Sequence record: DRR378314_301
Strand: one strand, 5' to 3'
DNA: 64,000 nt
Below the pieces are notes generated by a model that saw only the letters and a program-made list of their open reading frames with translations, made no database searches and was not told the origin of the DNA. Positions 58,357 to 64,000 of the stretch are shown here, piece by piece; position 1 is the stretch's first letter, and each line of letters begins with the position of its first letter. The translations under genes were made by a program, and so were the position numbers.

Positions 58357-58623
58357 CGTGCCCCTGCGGCTGGCGTTTACAAAGCCAGGTTTGATGAATC
58401 GGACGTTTGGGACTGGTTCTTTAGTCTAACGCTGGTTCAAGTTCCTCACCTACCGGCCGTTACCACTCTAAACAATAAAAGCAAACGCATGAACGAGTTG
58501 TGGCATTGTCGCAGCTTAACACCCCGAATTCGCACACACCGGTATTACAAACTGGAACACACCTCCGGTCTCCGGTTGTGGATAATTGCGCTGAATATTT
58601 GATCGCATACGGAGAAGTCCCTG

Positions 58624-60300
58624 ATGACATTGCTGAGCCGGCTACGCATTCGTTCCCGCCTCCTGCTGGGCGTTTTGGTCCCAGTGGTAATAACGGCGGC
58701 AACCCTCGCCTGGATTACGGTCGCCCAGATCAAGAGCGCTGGTGAGACCGAGCTCGAGCGCCTGGAAGCGAATTTGCTGGAAGCTCGAAAGGAAGGTGTA
58801 AAGAACCTTGTGGACGCGGCGCGCACTCTGGTTCTGGATGCCAAGAACGATCCAGACCTGTCGGATCGTGAAGCAAAGGAAGAGGCGCGGAACCGTTTAC
58901 GTTCGATCAGTTTCGAGGGTGGCAACTATATCTTTGCTTACGCCCGTGACCTGGAGAATCTCGCCTACGCCCCGGACCCGTCCCGCGAAGGTCCGACAAC
59001 CAACCCAGACGTGCAGAAACTGGTGCGGTCGCTGTTCGATGCTGCCGAGGAAGGGGGCTTTTTCGGTTATGACTGGCCCAACCCGGCGTCCGGCGAGGTA
59101 GAGCCAAAGGTGTCCTATTCCACTCTCATTCCTGATTGGGACTGGATGATTGGTACCGGTGTTTACGTTACCGATGTCGAGCGAGTGGTCGCGGCCGCGC
59201 AGGCTGACATTGAGGAAGAGATTGCCGAAACGCTGGGCTTTATTGCTCTGGTGGCCGTGGTTGTGGTGATCATATCGCTGCTTATCGGTGTTTTTGTCGG
59301 ACGTACCGTCACCAAACCATTGAACCGCGTAACCGCCCTGATGAAAGACATCGCCGAGGGAGAAGGCGACCTTCGCCATCGTTTACCGGACGAAGGTAGT
59401 GATGAACTGGCGGAGCTTGGTCGGCGTTTCAATGCCTTTGTGGTGAAGATCCAGGACACCATCCGTGATGTCGGCGCTACCACTGACCAGGTTGCCTCTG
59501 CCGCTGAGGAGCTCAGTCGCGTTGCCAACGAAACCCGTGCCTCGGTGCAGGAACAGGGTTCAGAAACCGATCAGATCGCGTCCGCCATCAATGAAATGGC
59601 CGCGACGATCCAGCAGATTTCCGGGAATGCCAACTCGGTGGAGAGTGCCGCTTCCGACGCCGACAGACTTGCACGGGACGGCGGCGAAACGATTGCCAAC
59701 GCCCAGGCGTCCGTCAACAAGCTGTCGGAAGAGATTGATTCCAGCTCTACCCGTATCAGTAACCTGGCCGAAAAAACCGACGAGATTACCCAGGTGCTGG
59801 ATGTCATCCACGCCGTTACCGACCAGACCAACCTGCTGGCCCTCAACGCGGCCATTGAAGCCGCCCGCGCCGGAGAGCACGGCCGCGGCTTTTCGGTGGT
59901 TGCCGATGAAGTCCGCCAGTTGGCCAAGCGCAGCGCGGAATCCGCTGACCAGATTCGCGGCATGATCGACGGCTTCGTGACGGAGTCCCGGGCGGCGGTG
60001 GAACGAATGGATGCGTCCCGTGACCGGTCCAGTGAAACGGTTGAGCGCATTAATCACGCCACGGACGCCCTGCGCACGATCGAGAAGTCGGTAGGTCACA
60101 TCCATGACCAGGTGACCCAGATTGCTACCGCGGCGGAACAGCAAAGCCAGGTGGCTGAAGAAATCAACCAGAACGTGGTGCGTATTGTGGACGCGGCGCA
60201 GCGCAGCGATACCGGCGTCAATCAGACCAATGAAGCCAGCCATGAACTGGCGCGGCTGGGCGAGAGCCTGCGTGAACTGGTGGGTCAGTTCAAGGTGTAG
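58624..60300 (+). CDS. Methyl-accepting chemotaxis protein (Cache-HAMP-MA)
   Basis: Two TMs, YDWPNP..PKVSY..WDWMIGTGVY, EGDL HAMP, QTNLLALNAAIEAARAGEHGRGFSVVADEVR. Confidence 0.96.
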   Translation: MTLLSRLRIRSRLLLGVLVPVVITAATLAWITVAQIKSAGETELERLEANLLEARKEGVKNLVDAARTLVLDAKNDPDLSDREAKEEARNRLRSISFEGGNYIFAYARDLENLAYAPDPSREGPTTNPDVQKLVRSLFDAAEEGGFFGYDWPNPASGEVEPKVSYSTLIPDWDWMIGTGVYVTDVERVVAAAQADIEEEIAETLGFIALVAVVVVIISLLIGVFVGRTVTKPLNRVTALMKDIAEGEGDLRHRLPDEGSDELAELGRRFNAFVVKIQDTIRDVGATTDQVASAAEELSRVANETRASVQEQGSETDQIASAINEMAATIQQISGNANSVESAASDADRLARDGGETIANAQASVNKLSEEIDSSSTRISNLAEKTDEITQVLDVIHAVTDQTNLLALNAAIEAARAGEHGRGFSVVADEVRQLAKRSAESADQIRGMIDGFVTESRAAVERMDASRDRSSETVERINHATDALRTIEKSVGHIHDQVTQIATAAEQQSQVAEEINQNVVRIVDAAQRSDTGVNQTNEASHELARLGESLRELVGQFKV

Positions 60301-60307
60301 GACCGTT

Positions 60308-60349
60308 GCTTCTGGCCGGTAGACGATTGGCGTCAGCCGGCCAGCAAGC
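60308..60349. terminator. Intergenic hairpin
   Basis: GCTTCTGGCCGG..GACG-loop-CGTC..CCGGCCAGCAAGC directly after the MCP stop; no U-tract. Confidence 0.4.
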
Positions 60350-60403
60350 TATGATGTGGGCGATCTGATCCGACCACTACAAAAAACGGAACCTGACCTC
60401 GCT

Positions 60404-61474
60404 ATGACTATTCATAAATCTTTCATGACTGTCCTGGCCCTCTTGCTGACGCTGGCAAGCGCCTCGTTGGCGGCCCAGGAAACCTACACGATCCGCCTGG
60501 CAGAAACCTGGGGCCCCAATTCGCCGATTCTGGGCGAAACACCCCGCAATATGGCCGCCATGGCTGAGAAAATGTCCGGTGGCCGACTCCAGTTCCGGAT
60601 AGACTCCTCCAACAAGCACAAAGCGCCGTTCGGTATTTTTGACATGGTCAAGGCCGGTCAGTACGACATGGGGCATACGGCGTCTTACTATTACAAGGGC
60701 ACGATTCCCAACGCCATGTATTTCACCACCGTGCCTTTCGGGATGCTCGCGGCTGAACAATACGCCTGGTTCTACTACGGCGGCGGTATGGAGTTGATGG
60801 AAAAGGTATACCGGCCCCACGGCTTGCTGTCTTTCCCGGGTGGTAACACCGGCAATCAGATGGGCGGTTGGTTCCGCGAGGAAATCAACAGTGTGGAAGA
60901 TCTCCAGGGCCTGAAGATGCGCACTCCGGGCTTCGCTGGTGAAGTCATGTCCGAGGTGGGTGTGGCGGTAACCAACATCCCGCCGGGCGAGTTGTACAGC
61001 GCGTTGGAGCGGGGCACCATTGACGCTCTTGAGTGGGTCGGCCCGGCGCTGGATTTCCAGATGGGCTTTCACCAGATCGCAAAGTATTACTACTCCGGCT
61101 GGCAGGAGCCAGGTGCGGAAGTGCAGTTCCTGATCAACCAGAAGACCTGGGATAAACTGCCGGCCGAGCTGCAGGAAATTCTGCGCGTTTCCATGCGCAC
61201 CGCTGCCTATGACATGTACATCCAGAGCACCCATCAAAGTGGTGTGGCCTGGGACCGGATGAAGGAAGACTATCCGGATGTGACGCATAAGACCTTCCCA
61301 CCTGAGGTGATTGACGCTCTGCGCGCGGCCACGGAGAAGCTGTTGGCCGAGGAAGCCCAGAAGGACGAATTGGCGAGGGAAATCATCACCTCCCAGCAAG
61401 ACTATCTGGAGCAGGTCCGCCAATGGACCAACATTTCCGATAAGGCCTATCTGAACAGCGTTTCGGGTGAATGA
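60404..61474 (+). CDS. TRAP transporter solute-binding protein (DctP/TakP-like)
   Basis: [47 protein letters not shown]. Confidence 0.92.
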   Translation: MTIHKSFMTVLALLLTLASASLAAQETYTIRLAETWGPNSPILGETPRNMAAMAEKMSGGRLQFRIDSSNKHKAPFGIFDMVKAGQYDMGHTASYYYKGTIPNAMYFTTVPFGMLAAEQYAWFYYGGGMELMEKVYRPHGLLSFPGGNTGNQMGGWFREEINSVEDLQGLKMRTPGFAGEVMSEVGVAVTNIPPGELYSALERGTIDALEWVGPALDFQMGFHQIAKYYYSGWQEPGAEVQFLINQKTWDKLPAELQEILRVSMRTAAYDMYIQSTHQSGVAWDRMKEDYPDVTHKTFPPEVIDALRAATEKLLAEEAQKDELAREIITSQQDYLEQVRQWTNISDKAYLNSVSGE

Positions 61475-62601
61475 AAGAGACTCTCCTCTCGCTCAAGAAC
61501 GTCTCCAAGGCGTTTGACGACAAAGCCGTGCTGAACTCGCTGGACCTGGACATCCTGGACGGCGAGTTCATCACCCTGCTAGGCCCTTCTGGTTGCGGCA
61601 AGACGACGCTATTGCGCCTGATAGCGGGGTTCGAGCAGCCGGACACCGGGGCAGTTACCCTCTCGGGCCATGACATTACCCATGCCGCCCCCGAGCACCG
61701 TCCCCTGAATACCGTGTTCCAGAATTACGCGTTGTTTCCCCATATGTCGGTGTACGACAACGTCGCCTATGGTTTGAAAATGGAAAAGCGGCCCAAGGAT
61801 GAAATCCGTCAGCGCGTGGACGATGTGCTTGCCATGGTGCAATTGCAGGATTTTGCCCGCCGTAAGCCGCTTCAGCTCTCAGGTGGCCAGCAGCAGCGGG
61901 TGGCCATTGCCCGTGCCGTGGTCAAGCGCCCGCAACTCCTGTTGCTGGACGAACCGTTGTCTGCGCTTGACTACAAGTTACGCCGGACCATGCAGGTCGA
62001 GTTGAAGCGCCTGCAACGAGAGCTGGGTATCACGTTTGTATTCGTCACCCACGACCAGGAAGAAGCCCTGTCGATGTCGGACCGGGTGGTGGTTCTGAGG
62101 GAGGGTACAATCCAGCAACTGGGTACGCCACGGGAAATCTATGAGCGGCCTGCCAATCTGTTTACCGCCCGGTTCGTGGGTGAGACCAACCTTTTCCCGG
62201 GCTATCTGACCGCTGTCGAAGAAGGCGGCATCACACTGGATATCCTGGGCCTGAGCCGTACCTTGCAGAAGCCCGGATTCACGCTGCGTGAAGGCGAGCG
62301 GGTGAATGTGCTGCTGCGTCCGGAAGATATTCGAGTGCTGGCACCGGAAGATGAAAGGGGCCTGGCGGGTAAAATCGTGGAGCGTAACTACAAGGGCAGT
62401 ACGCTGGACTCGGTGATTCACCTTGAGGACGGTACCGAAGTGCTGGCCAGCGAATTCTTTGATGAAGACGACCCCACGTTTGACTACAAACTGGGTGAGC
62501 CTGTCAGGGTCAGTTGGGTCGACGGTTGGGAATGGTTGTTGCCGGTTGAACTGGAGCCCGTAAACACCGACGCCGTTGCAGGGCTTGGCGCGGATGCATA
62601 G
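61471..62601 (+). CDS. potA: Spermidine/putrescine ABC transporter ATPase
   Basis: [46 protein letters not shown]. Confidence 0.95.
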   Translation: MKETLLSLKNVSKAFDDKAVLNSLDLDILDGEFITLLGPSGCGKTTLLRLIAGFEQPDTGAVTLSGHDITHAAPEHRPLNTVFQNYALFPHMSVYDNVAYGLKMEKRPKDEIRQRVDDVLAMVQLQDFARRKPLQLSGGQQQRVAIARAVVKRPQLLLLDEPLSALDYKLRRTMQVELKRLQRELGITFVFVTHDQEEALSMSDRVVVLREGTIQQLGTPREIYERPANLFTARFVGETNLFPGYLTAVEEGGITLDILGLSRTLQKPGFTLREGERVNVLLRPEDIRVLAPEDERGLAGKIVERNYKGSTLDSVIHLEDGTEVLASEFFDEDDPTFDYKLGEPVRVSWVDGWEWLLPVELEPVNTDAVAGLGADA

Positions 62602-63454
62602 GGTATTACAACAGCCCTTCAAAACGGCGGTGCTGGTTCTGGTATGGGGCTGGCTGCTGCTCTTGGTGCTGACCCCGAACCTGCTTGTGGTGGGCGCCAG
62701 TCTGATGACGCGGGACGCAGGCACCTTCCTTTCGCTGCCGCTGAACCTGGACAGTTACCGACAGCTGTTCGACCCACTGTACCTCGATGTGTTCCTCAAC
62801 TCCCTCTACATGGCTGGCATGACAACCTTCTTCTGCCTGCTGATCGGTTATCCCTTTGCCTGGGCGCTGTCTGGCCTGGGCAAGCAACGCCAGACCCTGT
62901 TGATCTTACTGCTGATTGTACCGTTCTGGACCAACTCCCTGGTGCGTACCTATGCCCTCAAACTTCTGCTGGCGACAAACGGGCTGATCAATAACGCACT
63001 GATGGGGGTGGGCCTGATCGATGAACCACTGAAAATGCTCTACACCGAAGGGGCCGTCATCATCGGCCTGGTGTATCTGTTACTGCCGTTCATGATACTG
63101 CCGTTGTACTCCGTGTTTGATGATCTCAAGCAGGAATTGTTGATGGCGTCCCATGATTTGGGGGCCGGTAAGCTGTCAACCTTCCTGCACGTTACGATCC
63201 CCCTGACTTTGCCGGGTGTTCTGGCGGGCGTGATGCTGGTGCTGTTGCCTGCCATGGGTCTGTTCTTCGTGGCCGATATACTGGGTGGCTCCCGTAACCT
63301 GCTCGTCGGCAACGTCATCAAGAATCAGTTCCTGGATGCCCGGGACTGGCCCTTCGGCGCCGCCGCGAGCATTCTGCTGACGGTGGCCATGGCGGTGCTG
63401 CTGTTTGCCCACAGGCTCAGTCAGCGGCGAATCGGCGAGGAGGCCAGAGCATGA
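62594..63454 (+). CDS. potB: Spermidine/putrescine ABC permease
   Basis: [33 protein letters not shown]. Confidence 0.95.
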   Translation: MHRVLQQPFKTAVLVLVWGWLLLLVLTPNLLVVGASLMTRDAGTFLSLPLNLDSYRQLFDPLYLDVFLNSLYMAGMTTFFCLLIGYPFAWALSGLGKQRQTLLILLLIVPFWTNSLVRTYALKLLLATNGLINNALMGVGLIDEPLKMLYTEGAVIIGLVYLLLPFMILPLYSVFDDLKQELLMASHDLGAGKLSTFLHVTIPLTLPGVLAGVMLVLLPAMGLFFVADILGGSRNLLVGNVIKNQFLDARDWPFGAAASILLTVAMAVLLFAHRLSQRRIGEEARA

Positions 63455-64000
63455 ACCGCTGGCTGCCAAGAACCTACCTTGCGATAGTGTATGCGCTGCT
63501 TTACCTGCCGATCCTGGTACTGGTGGTGTTCTCGTTCAACAGTTCCCGTACCGGTTACCGCTGGGGCGGGCTCAGCCTGCAATGGTACGAGTCGCTGTTC
63601 AACAACCACGCCATGGTGCAGGCGATGTGGAATTCGCTTTGGTTGGCGCTGGCGGCTGCGACTGTGTCGACGATCATCGGGGCGTTGACGGCGCTGGCCC
63701 TTCACCGCTATCGGTTTCATGGCAAGCGGGTGCTGAGGGGCATGTTGTTCGTGGTGATGATGTCACCGGAAATCGTGCTGGCCATATCCCTGCTGGCTTT
63801 GTTTCTGCTGGTGGGTATTCAGTTGGGGTTTGTCTCTCTGCTGTTGGCCCATGTAACGTTTTGCCTGCCATTCGTGGTCATCACCGTGATGGCACGATTG
63901 AGCGGGTTTGATGAAAGCCTGCCCGAAGCGGCTCGGGATCTTGGCGCCAATGACTTCACGATGACCCGCACGGTACTGATTCCCGTGATCATGCCGGCCC
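63451..64000 (+). CDS. potC: Spermidine/putrescine ABC permease (partial, runs off window)
   Basis: Translated from ATG 63451: [32 protein letters not shown]...MMSPEIV...EAARDLGA. Confidence 0.92.
   Translation, partial: MNRWLPRTYLAIVYALLYLPILVLVVFSFNSSRTGYRWGGLSLQWYESLFNNHAMVQAMWNSLWLALAAATVSTIIGALTALALHRYRFHGKRVLRGMLFVVMMSPEIVLAISLLALFLLVGIQLGFVSLLLAHVTFCLPFVVITVMARLSGFDESLPEAARDLGANDFTMTRTVLIPVIMPA

Overview
Chromosomal window from a GC-rich marine gammaproteobacterium; gene content and synteny suggest Marinobacter or a relative (inference). Bases 1 to ~4950 are the distal end of an integron gene-cassette array with no integrase in the window. It holds short, co-oriented, often AT-richer ORFs separated by attC sites. 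The first complete attC is intact, and later ones are progressively mutated, internally deleted or reduced to half-sites, with gene remnants between them. The rest is core and accessory chromosome: two diguanylate cyclases, a persulfide-dioxygenase-like MBL with SulP, MATE, a CbiM-like protein, a RegBA-like pair and an AttEFGH-like ABC/lipocalin operon. A sigma54/NtrC-type nitrogen region contains amt and the ATP-grasp/alpha-E/transglutaminase/Anbu operon. Further on are pomAB, cryptochrome DASH, frmA, and two paralogous HD-GYP genes flanking a Zur-box-controlled zinc uptake operon that lacks an ATPase gene. The final part has a complete pelABCDEFG operon, a SixA-CHAD fusion, an MCP, and a TRAP solute-binding gene coupled to potABC. 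The most unusual signal is several 'collapsed' gene skeletons (RNase J, ZigA/COG0523 GTPase, GFA cassette remnants). The RNase J and ZigA skeletons keep only N-terminal, internal and C-terminal islands in the original order. All family assignments come from motif recognition by eye; no database search was run.
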